Part shown: piece after piece, positions 12,105 to 25,190 of the stretch
Layout of the letters: every line of letters starts with the position of its first letter
Position numbering within the stretch: the first letter of the stretch is position 1
Source of the DNA: Gracilinanus agilis
Lineage: Eukaryota
DNA: 64,000 bases
Assembly (NCBI RefSeq): GCF_016433145.1
Contig: NC_058131.1
Span: 534,960,168 to 535,024,167 of the forward strand
Direction of reading: 5' to 3'
The notes under the pieces: model-generated
Database searches by the model: none
What the model was told of the DNA's origin: nothing
What the model saw: the letters and a program-made list of their open reading frames with translations, nothing else
Position numbers and translations under genes: made by a program

Positions 12105-13570
12105 TAGTCTCCTGACAATCTAGAAGTTCAGAAATGCTCAATTTCTTTCTTCTTTGAAGGTCCTCTTTCACTTCTCGTGTCTTTCTTTCATAGCCTTGTT
12201 AATAAAGCTTTATTTTATGTTGAATTGCTTATTTTGATCTTTGTATTACTTTGATTCTTGTATTACCTTATTTTTCCTTTCAAATGCTTACTAACGGAAT
12301 CTTCAACTTCTGATAAAATATCTTTTTCTGGATTCTTTTTCATGTTTTTCTTTTTTTGTATGACTTTTGACTGGGCAATACAGTATTCAAATTTTCTACT
12401 GTGTGTACAAACAATGTATTGGTCTCAACTTCCAATGCCTTTATGCACATCTTTAATATTTTCTCAAGAAGCTTCTCCCATCGTGGTATTTGAGTCTTTA
12501 GGGGTATCCCTTTGTAGCTCCACCTTTCCTTCCATGGTTCTTGCTATAAAAGTTATTGTCAAATATATGACTATATGCAGATTCTCAATGATCTTGAATA
12601 CTTTCTGTCAAATATTATAGGAGAATGTGTTCATTCATAATGGGTGAAATTACAATGGTTTAGTATAATCAGACCATGAAAAAGATGTTTTTCAGAATTC
12701 CTATCCAAGTATGCCCATCTCTTTCCAAAAAATGATTTCAGATATTGACACTGCTTTGCCATCTGTTTTATTAGTGCTTATATAGTTTGCATCAAGTAAA
12801 GATTTTCAGTGACCTAAGGGTCATAAATATTGCCCTCCTCAGATTTTAGCAACTCCATCTCTTAATTTGTCCAGTCTAAACAGAGAGAGGCGATGATTAC
12901 TTTTCACTAGTTGCTAATAAGTTGTTGTGTGACTTGGACACGAGAGTAACATCAACAAAAAACGAGTATGAAGTTCTTGATTGAATTTTGTTCTGATGTA
13001 GTACTGAGACATAATTAAAGTATTCTTGTCTTTAGTCCATTTCCTATACACTTGTTTCTTTTAGTGGTCAGAATAATTTGTATTGAAACTTTTTCAGCAG
13101 GTGGAGTAACAATTGGTATTTCTTCTTTGTTTCAAGGTCTCACCTTCTCATTAGAATACAAAAAGGGGACCATGTATTCACTGTCCTCCTTTGGCTTTGA
13201 GTAGGACTTTGAATAGGACCAGCCTACAATTTTACCCCACTCTATCTATTCTTTAGTTTTATAAGAATGGTTTTATTAAATTGGCATGGGTGCTAGTCCA
13301 GTTTATAGTATCATCAGAACTTACCTGACACATGTTTCAAAGTTAGTCTTAGGGTACATAAGGTCCTGATTTTATATTGTCCTCTCTGTCATTTCCTTGT
13401 TTTACCATTATCTCCTTCTACTTTGGAATGGACACTAGGTTGGGCTTTAAGGTGTTTATTATCATAATCAGCATCAATTTCTTCCTTCCAAGATTTAAGG
13501 GGACTCTGGGAATAAGCCTCCCTATCCCTGTGTGTCATTATAGTCACACCAGATTTCAAAGTAGAGGGAT
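12105..13570 (-). pseudogene. Candidate degraded coding sequence of unidentified origin
   Basis: Purine/A-rich minus strand gives protein-like stretches (SPLKSWKEEIDADYDNKHLKAQPSVHSKVEGDNGK; MEGKVELQRDTPKDSNTTMGEAS; KKNPEKDILSEVEDSVSKHLKGK) broken by stops and frameshifts. A-rich tract follows at 12075-12105. No parent gene recognised. Confidence 0.3.
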
Positions 13571-14229
13571 GTGATTAGAGGCTTCCATAATGACAGTGCC
13601 CTCACTCACCAGTGGTAACAGCCAGTGGCTACCCAGACAGGCCTGTGCTTAGCACAACACTATTCATTTTGATACATGACATATGGTAGCCATTAAATGG
13701 TAGTACTTAGGAACAAGGTTGTGAGTTTCAAGTTTGAAAACTGCCTTGTAATCAATGTAATTACCTATGACATGTTTGAAATCATCTTGAAATCATTGCT
13801 ACCATTCTTCCTGATGTTTCTTAAAATGATGTCATCACAAAGAGCAGATCTACTCCGAGAAGCCACTATGGATGAATGACCTCATTTTTCTGTATTCAAC
13901 GTCATGATGGTCTCTCCATAGTTCAAAAACAAAAGATAAAAGGTAATAGTCTTCAGAAAGAGTGGTTTTAAAAATGGGGGAAAGGATGGGCAGAATATCA
14001 AAACTTGCAAAGCAGCTGCTGCGCAGAAACAGTAAGTACATTTTATAAGGATTTTTCCAGCTGCAAATGCAAAATATAATCTGGAAATTATACAGGGAGG
14101 TAATCATTTAAATGTGTAAACTTTATTGAGGCCCCAAGAAAAGCTTCAAAGGTGATGATATGTTTTGTTCCATCAATTTTGAGGAAAAGATCACAAAGCA
14201 AAGAGGGACAAACTAGACTATGCAGATTT

Positions 14230-14880
14230 CTGTATTGCTCTGAGATTTGTAAGGCTCTTTCCTCTCAGTCGTTCTGCAAAGCATGTAGGTCAAGCAATAT
14301 AATCTCTATTTTATGAATGAAGAAACCGAGGTTTTGGAAAGGTTTTGGAAAGAAAGTGACTTGCTCAAGGTAACAGAGCTGGAAAGAATGAGTTAAGATT
14401 CAAAAACAGGTCTTAAAATGTGAAAAAATCAGTGATAGTCTAGAATCAGTAAAACTTAAGTTCAAATCTTTCCCCACTAGCTATGTGATCCAAGGCAAGT
14501 CACTTAACTTCTATTTGCCTCAGTTCCTTCATCTGTGAAATGAGGGTAATAATGGCACCCACCTCCCAAGGCAATTGTAAGGATTAAATGAGGTAATAAT
14601 AATAGAGTGCTTAGCACAATGCCTAGCACATAGTAAATGATATATAAATGGTAGCCATAGAGTCACGTTCTCTAGATAGGTGCTCTGATTGGTGTACAAA
14701 GCTGCTGATGTAGAGGGATAACTAATCTCTTAATGTCTTCTTGTCTTAGAGATTTTCCTATGGAACAGAAATATTATGTGACTTGCCCATGAACACGCAG
14801 CTAGTATTTGGCAGAGGAAAGACTTGAACCCCGATGCCCTGACTTTAAAGCTAGTCTTCTACTCACTATGCCATGCTGCT
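14230..14880. mobile_element. Cluster of three MIR elements (-, +, -)
   Basis: MIR cores at about 14310 (-), 14490-14640 (+) and 14760-14880 (-). Confidence 0.7.
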
Positions 14881-14984
14881 TGTCAGAGAAACTTACATGA
14901 AACCTTAGGTTATATTTTAGGTACTCAATCCAATATTTCAGAGGGAAAAATGTACCTTTTTTCCCAATGGAATGAAAGACATTT

Positions 14985-15258
14985 TTATATATCTATTATT
15001 TTCATTCTGTATATGTATGTGTACATAGAAAAGAATAGAACAAAATATTAGAGAATTAATATAGCAGTATGAAATAAAAGTGTTATAATATATTTGCTTA
15101 TATATGCCTAGCATAATATGATATAACAGAAGGTAACTACATACATATATATATATATTTATATAAACATATGTGTACATACATACATATATATATATTC
15201 TTGATAGACAGATATGACAGATAGAGAGATGGATAGATAGATAGACAGACAGACAGAG
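14985..15258. repeat. TA-rich low-complexity sequence plus (GATA/GACA)n
   Basis: Direct inspection. Confidence 0.8.
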
Positions 15259-15507
15259 CTAGAGAGGAAGGTAAGCCATTTAGCTGAAGTAACAAGTCAC
15301 TTCCTAAGGGAGAGAAAGGAAGCTGCCCATCAGGCAAGCCAGATTTCCACTTTGACCATCATTTCTCCTTAGACACAGTAGAAATAGCCCAGGACCCTAA
15401 GCCTAAGAACCTTGGGAATGGTCATAACATATCCCAGTCTCCACTGATTTATTGATATATTGAGGCTAAAATAATTCAATTGATTTCTAATTTCCCTTTG
15501 TTTAGAC

Positions 15508-15700
15508 CAGTGATTCCCAAAGTGGGCGCTACTGCCCCCTGGTGTGTGCTGCCGCAATCCAGGAAAGTAGTGATGGCCACAGGTGCATTTATCTTTCCTA
15601 TTAATTGCTATTAAAATTAAAAAAATAATAATTTCCAGGGGGCTAAGTAATATTTTTTCTGGAAAGGGGGCAGTAGGCCAAAAAAGTTTGGGAACCACTG
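15508..15700. mobile_element. hAT (Charlie-type) MITE, 193 bp
   Basis: TIRs CAGTGATTCCCAAA / CAGTGGTTCCCAAA. Perfect 8-bp TSD GTTTAGAC (15500-15507 and 15701-15708). Confidence 0.95.
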
Positions 15701-15719
15701 GTTTAGACTAATAATAAAT

Positions 15720-16080
15720 GTTCACATAGGTTTTTCAACAAATTGTGGCATATGATTGTGATAAATTACTACTGTGCTGTGAGGAAAGATGAGCAGGTTA
15801 ATTATAAAAAAATTTTAAAACATATGGAAAGACGTACATGAAATTATAAAGGATGAGATAAGCAGAACCCAGAGAGCATTATATACAATAGAAATATTGT
15901 TTGAAGAAAGATTTGTGTATGCCTACCTCCAGAGAAAGATATGATAAACAGAAACAAGCAAGAATTATTTTATCTTTTGTCAAATGATGTCTTCTCTAGT
16001 GCAGGGAGAAAAGAGGGAAGAACATATGTGGAATTTTTTAATGTAACAAATTAATTGATTAATTAAAAATAAATTGTGAT
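15720..16080 (+). mobile_element. L1 3' UTR fragment
   Basis: caaattgtggcatatgattgtgataaattactactgtgctgtgagg...gcctacctccagagaaaga. Confidence 0.8.
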
Positions 16081-16084
16081 AGAC

Positions 16085-16285
16085 AAAAGAAAGAGATTTA
16101 CAAAGCACTTTATGTTTTTGAACTTCCAAACAATGTTGTGAAGTAAGTGCTAAGATTATTTTTATTCTCATTTCATATATGAGGAATCTGAAGCTCAGAG
16201 AGGCTAAAATATTTGCTTGGGTTTACACAGAGGAGGGCATTGAGCTCTGGTCTTCTTGACTCCAATTTTAGTGTTCCATTCACTC
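16085..16285 (-). mobile_element. MIR SINE
   Basis: ttacaaagcactttatg...ctcatttcatatatgaggaatctgaagctcagagaggc. Confidence 0.7.
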
Positions 16286-16680
16286 TCCTTTTCTGCCACT
16301 CTAGAAAAGATTGCTAGAAGAATGCTCAAAATATCAAGCACAATTTAGTTATCAAATCATTCAAGGTATTGAGAATTTCTATAGATAGAAAGGACAATCC
16401 AAAATCATTTCCAGCCTTCAAGGGAGTTACATTGTGCTGGATGGAAATGATACCACTTTTAATTGTAGATCAAGGGAAAAACAGAGTTGGGAGTAATCAT
16501 AAAGAGCTAAATTCTTTTTTTCCTCTTAAAGCTTATAATCTTTTTCCTTTATTTTACTGGTGAAGAGGCTGACACTCTGAGAGATATTACTTGTCTAAGG
16601 TGACCCAATTAGTCAGTGGTAGTGCCAGCTCCAGATTACAGGTTCCTTGTCTCCTGATCTATTTCCATTCCCAAGAGATC

Positions 16681-16953
16681 TAGGGTTATTAACCATTTTG
16701 TATTTTGTTCCTCTTTGGCAATGTGATAGTTGATGAACCCCTTTATAAAATAATGTGTAATGCATAAAATAAAATGTATATAATTGTAAAAGAAACAGAA
16801 GGTTAATGAAAATAATTATACATGTATATATAACATGTAATTATTTTGATATGTCTATATACCCATAAATATTTTCTCCATGTAAGGTCACAGATCCCCT
16901 AAAATCTATTTCCAGACCTTTTCCAAGTCTGTGGTCTCCAGATTAAGAATCTT
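16681..16953 (+). mobile_element. Old Charlie4-like hAT MITE
   Basis: ctttggcaatg...aataatgtgtaatgcataaaataaaat...cacagatcccctaaaatctat...ccagattaagaatc resembles the recalled Charlie4 consensus. Confidence 0.6.
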
Positions 16954-17489
16954 TCAACTGAATAAGGAGGTAGATAGATAGACCATTTATTAAGGGCTGT
17001 CTAGGTGCTAAGTCCTGGGAAGACAAATGCAAACAAGTAAGATAATTCTTCCCTTCAAAGAACTTATATTTTGATAGAGGTTAGGGATAAATATGGCTTG
17101 GGTATGGTGATGTTAGGAAGTCATGTGGATATGTGGCAAGAATTCCCTTAGCAGAGCCTGATATTTCAAGAAGAGACGACTTATTCTGTTTAAATGCTGC
17201 TTTTAGTATTATAAGATTGTAACTCTAGCTTTAAACCCTACTCCCTTTTACAGTTCTTATTCATATAGAATATAAAATAATAGATTAAACCTGGAAAGTG
17301 CCTGAGAGATCATCTAGCCTACCTCCCTTTAGATGAGAATACTGGGATCCTGAGAAGAAGTCGAATGACTTACTAGGGATCACACAAAAGTGATAAAGCT
17401 CAGATTAGAATCTAAGTACTTAATATTAATTTAAGAATGCCCCATGGTAGTGACAAGCATTTGAATTCGTAAATAGGACAAGGTATTTT

Positions 17490-17725
17490 TCAGTTGTTTC
17501 AGCTGTATCTGACTGTGATCCCATTTGGGGTTTTCTTGGCAAAGATACTGGAGTGGTTTGCCATTTTCTTCTCCAGTTCATTTTATAGATGAAGAAACTG
17601 AGTCAAAGAGGGTTAAGTGACTTGCCCAAGATCACGTAGCTAATTAGTGTTGGAGGCCAGATTTGAACTCAAGAATATGAGTCTTTCTGACTCTAAGCTT
17701 TGTGCTGTAACCACTATACACCTTA
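17490..17725 (-). mobile_element. Mar1-type SINE
   Basis: cccatttggggttttcttggcaaagatactggagtggtttgccattttc plus MIR core. Confidence 0.88.
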
Positions 17726-17849
17726 GTTGCCCCAGAATAAGTAGGTATGAATCATTAGATGTTTCTACTGAAACTTTTGATGTCCTTACAAAAAAAAAGA
17801 ATAGAGTGGGCAGTGGAATTAATTTTAAAAAATAGTCTATAGTGAGTTA

Positions 17850-18050
17850 GATGAAGCAATGGGGTACAGGAGAGAGGCCAATGGCTCTATGAGCCAGAGG
17901 ACCTAGATTCAAATCCTGCCTCTTTTTCTCTAATCACACTAATAGTGTGATGATGGACAAGTCATTAAACATCCCTTGATTTCAGTTTCCTCATTTGTTA
18001 AATGGGGGACAGAGTTGGACTAAAATGACCTTTGTAGTCATTTCCATAAT
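17850..18050 (+). mobile_element. MIR3/Ther-type SINE
   Basis: gagccagaggacctagattcaaatcctgcc...ttcagtttcctcatttgttaaatgggggacagagttggactaaaatgacc. Confidence 0.75.
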
Positions 18051-19614
18051 TCAAGAAACTAAATCACCATGGGGGCAGTGGCACTGGAATGAATCTTAGA
18101 CATTCTAGCCTGCTCATGTCTGACAAACATAGAAAGAACCTCTGGTTACTCAGTATAGGCAGCCAGGATAGCCACCATCATCATGTTCCCAGGGATAGAC
18201 ATCATCAGGGACTACCATCCAGAGGAGTAAAAGGGGCCACAATGACCAGCCCATATTTTCAGCTCTGAAGCTAAGGATTAACAGGAAAAAAAAAGTTGTG
18301 TATAAAATTATGAGCTTCCCTTTTACAATGCAATGTTAAATGATATGTGGTAGGCGCATTATTATAGGTCATTCTTTATTTCCGCACAAACAGATTAGAC
18401 TTGATTTAATCTTGCTACTCTACTGGTTCTGAGAGAGATAACACAAATGGATGCAAAATTAAATCACAGCTTTCCCTAGTTGCCGGAACCCACAGTAAAT
18501 AGAGCATTGGCTAGGGAGGGCACACTGGAAATTGGTTTTTAAATTTGAATTCATTGGGGCTGAATGCAGATGAATTAGCCCAAATCAGTGCCAAATATTT
18601 CTTGCATCTCTCTTTTGTTGTATGAATAAGTGTCTTTGGCTCACTACTTCACTCTGGCATAACCTATATAATTAAGTAGATGGCATCACATTTAAAGTGG
18701 CATTTTGGAAGCACTGGACCATGGAAATATTTTAAAGAAAAATATGTACTGTGCCCTGCTCTATAGCTGTCTGTTTGCCAGTGTTTGCAGAAACAAAGCT
18801 TCCTGAAGGCCTGAAAGGAAAAAAAAATATTGCTTTCAACTTTGGGTTGACACCCTGAGTCACATTCAGATTTCATTCTTATTCCTTATTTTTACTGTGT
18901 ATAAAAATCAAAGGTTCTCAGGATCATATATGTAGAAGTAGAAGTGACCTTGCCGACTATCTATACTAAACTCCTTTTTCCAGATGAGGACAATTGGGGC
19001 CCACACTAGTTACATCTCCTGGTTGGTGAAAATTCTTTTCTTCCCCTCATGGGGTATTTATGAAGTTACCTTTAGGTAGGATTTCATTTGTCTGCTGGGG
19101 CCATTGTAGAGTTTTGAGGCTGTCTTTCCTTATTGAGTCTAGTTCATTTTCAGCTGTTGATGCAGACATCACTACTGTTTTAGGAATATTCTAGGACTAG
19201 GACAAAAATTTAAAAAATCCTTCCAAATCTTCTGATATTCTAAAGTTCATGAGGTTCTTCTCGAGTTAAGGAGAGGGGGACAGGAAGTTGAGACTGAGAC
19301 GGGGGTTCTTTTTTTCCTCTAAAGAACAATTCTTTCTTAATAGGGTGACTGGTACAGCTTTCCTTCATGCTGACAGATACCTGAATCCCGAGTTCCAAAT
19401 TGGGTTGACTAAAAATTTATGTTGTGTAAGCTTTTCAAGACCCTAATCATCAGGTGTCAATCTTCTTACTTTTGCCCAATTGCCACTCTTTTGATACATA
19501 CCCGCAAAGGATCTTTTGCAAATTTTCTCAGTTGTCTTGAAGCCACATATGACATTACCTAACTCCTCCCTCTCATCTAAAGAACCTTAACCCTTACTTA
19601 ACTAAAAAAATTAA

Positions 19615-19745
19615 AGCTTGTTCAAATTTGGCCTCAGATACTTTCTAACTGTGTGTTCCTGGGCAATTCACTTAACCCTATTTGCTTAGAGCTTGACCTT
19701 CTGTCTTAGATTTGTTCCTTGGACAGAGAGTAAGGGTTTAAAAAA
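19615..19745 (+). mobile_element. 5'-truncated marsupial SINE
   Basis: ttcaaatttggcctcagatactttctaactgtgtgttcctgggc...agtaagggtttaaaaaa. Confidence 0.75.
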
Positions 19746-19814
19746 TATTAAGGCTTCCTCTTCTCCCCACTTATGTACTTCAGACCATCCCAATATAATC
19801 TGCCATTTTATTTT

Positions 19815-20170
19815 CCTTAGAATTTAAGATTTGGAAGGAACTTTAGTAACCGCATAATCCAGTTCAGATACAAAAGGAATCTCCACTATAAACTATCTAA
19901 CCAGTGGTCAGCAATAATGGAAGGGGAACTTTTGTTCTAATTGTTAGGGAATTTTTCCTAAACATCAAGCCTAAATTTTTCTCTCTGCAATTTCCCACCT
20001 TATTAAGACTGGTTCTGTCCTCTGAGGCCAAGTAGAATTAATCTAATAACTCCTACTAACAATTTGATAACCCTTCTCCCTTCTAAATTTTGAAGAAAGC
20101 TACCACCTAAGTCCTTTCTTTGAATCTTTTAATCCTTAGCCTAAACATGCTCCATTCTTTTAACCAGTCT
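19815..20170 (-). mobile_element. L3/CR1 3' fragment
   Basis: tttttcctaaacatcaagcctaaattttctctctgcaatttcc...ctggttctgtcctctgaggccaag. Confidence 0.7.
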
Positions 20171-20309
20171 TGCGTCCTTGATCTACCCTCTTTTTATGTC
20201 CCTTTGATCATCCCCTTTTTTCAGCTTCAGGAAACTTATCCTACTACCTCCAGTAGCTAGTTACCCCAAATATGAAATTACTTTTTATTTACTTCTAAAA
20301 CATTTTGTG

Positions 20310-20440
20310 TGTGTTTGTCTGCATGTGTAGTTGTTATTATTGTTTCTCTTCAATAGAATGTAAGCTCTTTGAGTTCAGAAATTGCTCTGTTATTGTAGTT
20401 GTATCCCCAACATCTAAAATAGTGCCTGTCTCTCAGAAGT
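20310..20440 (+). mobile_element. L2 3' end
   Basis: caatagaatgtaagctctttgagttcagaaattgctc...tgtatccccaac. Confidence 0.7.
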
Positions 20441-21704
20441 CACATTATTATTCAAAATATAGACTATTTAGGAAGAGAAAGCTGTTTTGATATACCTAAG
20501 TTACAGTAAGCCATCTATAAACTTTAAGGATGGCAATTCTATTAGGTCATTGAGGCCATTCCATTTCAACATTAGAATTTTCTGCAGAATTCCTGGAGGC
20601 TTTTTCAAGTCCAATTCTAAATGACCCTAGCAGTAGGGTTCCCACCATTTCCCTTGAAAAATGACTGCATCACCTAATAGATTTCCCTGTTATGAATTTT
20701 TCCTGACTTATTACATTTTTAATAAACATGCAAACAATATAGAGGCTTTATTGATCCATTTCATTTCCCAACTATTAATAGCAAATGTAGTTATAATGAA
20801 ATATTACAAATAATAGTATATTAACCTTAATAACAGCAATAAAATTACAAAGCTTAATTAGCATAACATTGAAATTCATAATGGAACTTAGTGTTATTTG
20901 TTCATGACTTAAAATAAAACTGTGCCACTGCTGACCTTAAAGCCAACATCTAAGAATCTGAATTTTGTAGAACAGTAAGGCTTAGTACTGCAAATGATTT
21001 TAGTTCCTTCAAGGTATGCCTACTCAAAACATAATTAAATGATGATCCAGTTATATTTGATCAAGTAGGTAAGCAAATGAGATGATTTATATCCCCAGAG
21101 AAATTCATCTTTCACTGAAATACATACTTATAAGCCAAGTTGTTTCCTTAGAAAATACTAGAAATGTTATCAAATAACTAGCCATTCTATTTGACAAGAT
21201 AGCAAGAGGAATAAAAGAAGAGCAGAACTGCAGCCACAAGAAGTTGGAGGAGATAAGAGGAAGAAATATTTAGAATTAAACATTTAACTGATAGGAGAAA
21301 GAGAAGAGACTAAATAGTGGGATAAGCAGATGAATAATTAAATTAAAGAAAAACAAATTAATATTTCAAGTAAAACTCCTAAGCCAAGCAAAGAATAGAC
21401 AAACAGTAGTAAGGATGAGAAGGGAAAATAGTTTATGAGAGTAGAGTTGCATCAAAGCAGCTTAAAGAAAACAAAGTACAAGGACAATGAATTGACTTAA
21501 AAATGATTAATAAATAAATTTTTAAAAATAAGCACTCGAAACAAATTGAAGAAAACAAAAGACTGAGTCATAATTTTAGGTATGAATGTAATAAACAACC
21601 TGATAAAGCAAAAGAGGTTGGTAGAATTGATAAGAAGACATAGCCCCATAATCAGTTGCTTAAAATCTACATACACACACACACACACGTGTGCGCAATC
21701 AAGC

Positions 21705-21850
21705 NNNNNNNNNNNNNNNNNNNNNNNNNNNNNNNNNNNNNNNNNNNNNNNNNNNNNNNNNNNNNNNNNNNNNNNNNNNNNNNNNNNNNNNNNNNNNNNN
21801 NNNNNNNNNNNNNNNNNNNNNNNNNNNNNNNNNNNNNNNNNNNNNNNNNN
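21705..21850. other. Assembly gap (146 N), following an (AC)n run
   Basis: Run of N. Confidence 1.
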
Positions 21851-22387
21851 ACACAGAGAATCAAAATGAGTGGCTGGGAAAAAAAACCTGACAATTCATT
21901 AAGTATCATTTTAAAATCATACATTATAATAATACTCTTCAGCAAAGCAAAAATGAAAATTCATAATATTGATATAGGTGAATAAGAACATAATATTATG
22001 TTTAAAGGATATTTTTAGACAAATATGTATAACTGTATGTATACATATATGTACACATGTATACATATATAATTTTATGCACTAAATGACATATCAATTC
22101 ACAAGAGGATTAATTGAATGGCAAAAAGACATAACAATGCAATAATTATAGAAATCTTTAGTATTTCTTTTTCAGAGCTGGACAGATCTAATGAAAAGGT
22201 TAACCAAAAAATAAAATAAAATAAAATAAAATAGAGTACAGAATCAACTGTTGGAATATGCCAAAAGACATCTTGTTCTGAATAGAAACACCAAGAATAT
22301 ACATATTTCTCATCCTAAAATGGCACTTGTACAATAATAGACTGTACTGTTACAAAAATATCAATACATTTTTAAAAGTAAAAAATA

Positions 22388-22583
22388 GGGGGGCAGCTGG
22401 GTAGCTCAGTGGATTGAGAGCCAGGCCTAGAGATGGGAGGTCCTAGGTTCAAATTCGGCCTCAGACACGTCCCAGCTGTGTGGCCCTGGGCAAGTCACTT
22501 GACCCCCATTGCCTACCCTTACCAATCTTCCACCTATAAGTCAATACACAGAAGTTAAGGGTTTAAAAAAAATTAAAAAAAAA
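22388..22583 (+). mobile_element. Young SINE1_Mdo-like element inserted in L1
   Basis: ggggggcagctgggtagctcagtggattgagagccaggcctagagatgggaggtcctaggttcaaattcggcc; retains CpGs; A-rich tail. Confidence 0.92.
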
Positions 22584-24779
22584 TACTAAACATACTTTTT
22601 ATAAGCAGTGACACTATAAAAACCATAATCCAGACAGGAAACAGAAGCAAAACATGTGTACCTAAAAAAGACTTAATAACAAGATCCTAATAGAGTGGCT
22701 TAAAGAAAAAAAAATTTAAGCAATTAATGCTTATGTGATATAAAAACGATAAGACAAAATACTAAATTGTTGAAATATATCTAAAGAAGTCTTGATGAGA
22801 AAATTACATTCTTAAAATTATATTAAAAAGGAAAGATAAAGAAAAAACAAAAAGGTAATTTAGAACTGATTTTTTAAAAGACTGATATCTAATCTTTTAA
22901 AAAGACCAACAAAATTGGCAAACCTAAGCAATTTTGATCAACATCTTCTAATATTTAAACCAGGGAAGAATAAAACAAAGAGAGGATACTATAGACCAAT
23001 ATCAGTAATGAATATTGATTTTAAATTTTTAAATAAAATATTGGCAAAGAGATGATAATGCTTTGCTCAAAATCATTTTATTATCATCATGTTAGATTTA
23101 TACCAATGCTGAGATGATAGTTCAACAGAAAGAAAATTGTTCATATAATTAATCATAGAAAATACATTCAAAACCATGTGATGTTATCAAAATATGCATT
23201 AAAAGCCTTAAACAAAGTACAGCATTCATTTGTGCAGAAAAATCTCTATCAAGAATAGGCATAAAAGAATATTTTAAATATTATAAAATATCTTACATAA
23301 AAGGCTATGAAATGGCTATTATTACCAATCGGGGGAAATTAGAATGTTTCCCACTAAATACTGGAAAAGAAAAAATACCCATTTTCTCATTCTTCTAGTA
23401 TAGACTTGACTCAAGCTGGTCTCCTGATTTGGGGGTTCAATAATGGAAAAAATACCCATAAATCATTCAATATTTTCAAAAAGCAGGGAAAGATGTTCAG
23501 CAAGTATAAGCGCTGCAGACACCTTTAGAAGATTCAGCCAAGTGAAATTTCTTAAGTTATCTATTATGATTCATCAACCAAACATCAGAGCACTTTTTGA
23601 GCTCTTTATTTTTTCTCTTGCTCCGGCTAAGGAATATATACACCTTTGAGGAAAGAGATTATTTTCACTATGTATTTGTATCCCTAGCAATGAAAATAGT
23701 GCGTGGTACATAGTAAATGTTCAGTAAATACTCATGCAGATTCTACAGTAAACTTAAAATACAGACACAATTATGTATAGAATATCATCTTAAAAAACAT
23801 TAGAAGAGAACCAGATCATGTGCCTTTCATAGCTATGGCTACAGGATGATTTTTTTAAACTAAACAAGGCATGGAGCAAGTGCAATAGATACAATAGATA
23901 ATTTCATTTATATGAAATTGAAAAGGTTTTTTTTTAATGTAGAACAACAAAAAGTGCAACCAGCCCAAGAAGAGAAATAGTTAAGTGAGGAAAAAATATT
24001 GTTTTTATTGAGTATCTCTGATAAGTACCTGGTAACCAAGATATACAAGCAAATTGAATAAATATATGAGACCAAAAGCTATCCCCTAGCAGATAGCTAG
24101 TTTAAGAATATGAATAAAGAATTCTCAAAAGAATTGTAAACTATTAACAGCCACATAAAGGATGCTCAAAAAGTACTACTAATAAGAGAAGTACAAATGA
24201 AAGTTTTCAGTTTTATCTTATAATTAGAAAACTGTCAAGGATAAAACAATTATGGAAATAGTTAATGTTGAAGAAGACATGGAAAAATGATCACACAACA
24301 TAGTTTGGGAGATAAGAATAGGTCTAACCATTCTGAATTTGGAAGAAAATGACTAAAATAAGGATACGTTTTGGTCCCAAAATTCCAATTACAGGCACTG
24401 ACCTTAAAGGGTAAAAAAAACCAGAGAGGTCTCATATACATGAAAGTATATATAGAAGCACTTTTTGTAGGAGCAAAGAACTGAAAACAAAGCAGATGCC
24501 TACCACTTGTGGAATGCTTAAGAGGTACATGAACAAAATGGAAAATTATAGTGAGGTAAAAAACAATGAATATGGTGAATATAGGGAAGCATAAATGAGA
24601 TGTATATGAAGTAATGCTAAATAAAGGAATCCAGTAAGTGCAATTATTAAAACAAGGAAAATAGAAAAAAAAACAAAAAATAAAAACTGCAAAATTATTT
24701 GATATGTTAACTAATTTTCATCATAGCTATAATATTGCATTCAATTCTGATTACCACAGTTTAGGAAGGAAGCCAGAGA

Positions 24780-25190
24780 GTGTCCAAGAGAGATAGCTAG
24801 AATGGTGAAGGTCTTGAGTTCGTTACATGTGAGGATGGGATGAAGTAGGTGGGAAGAGGGAGGTGCTTTGTTTTAAGAATAGAAGACTTATGGGGAGAAT
24901 TTTAGCTATTTTTAGGTATTTGAAGGGTAATAATTTTGAAGAGGTATTAGATTTTTGTTTATTTGTTTTGGCTCCAGAAGACAGAACCAAAAATGATGGG
25001 GAAAGTTGCATGTAAATAAATTTAGTCTTGATGTCAGGAAAACTTTAACAATTAGAAGAACTACTCTAAAGTAGGATGAGCTGCCTTGAGAAGCAGTAGG
25101 TTCCTCTTTACTGGTGGTCTTTAAGTAGAGTCTACATGACCACTTTTCTGGTATATTACAGTGAGTATTCTTTTTGAGATGAATTATATA
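24780..25190 (+). mobile_element. L3/CR1 3' fragment
   Basis: gtgtccaagagagatagctagaatggtgaagg...ggctccagaagacagaacc...gagctgccttgagaagcagtaggttcc. Confidence 0.8.

Larger units (their letters stand above)
21100..24750 (+). mobile_element. Old, fragmented L1 including RT-domain remnants; interrupted by a gap, a SINE1 and an L2 piece
   Basis: About 22985-23050 translates as [22 protein letters not shown], the L1 ORF2 motif. ORF2 C-terminal motifs at 24050-24550. Confidence 0.75.

Noticed and set aside
12500-13200. Fleeting resemblance to BBX (SPIIFDRK, KPKED), piggyBac (FDNNFYS) or viral L proteins
   Set aside because: Only 5-8 residue matches without colinear context; not enough to name a gene or element.
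13144-13325. Two minus-strand exons joined by a 101-nt GT-AG intron with compatible phase
   Set aside because: The acceptor has no polypyrimidine tract, the upstream frame contains a stop, and the putative intron itself reads as coding-like. A decayed continuous sequence is more parsimonious.
22388-22470. tRNA gene (A/B-box-like motifs GGTAGCTCAGTGG and GGTTCAAATTC)
   Set aside because: It is the tRNA-derived head of a SINE continuing into a CORE domain and A-tail; no cloverleaf. The same applies to the other SINE1 copies.
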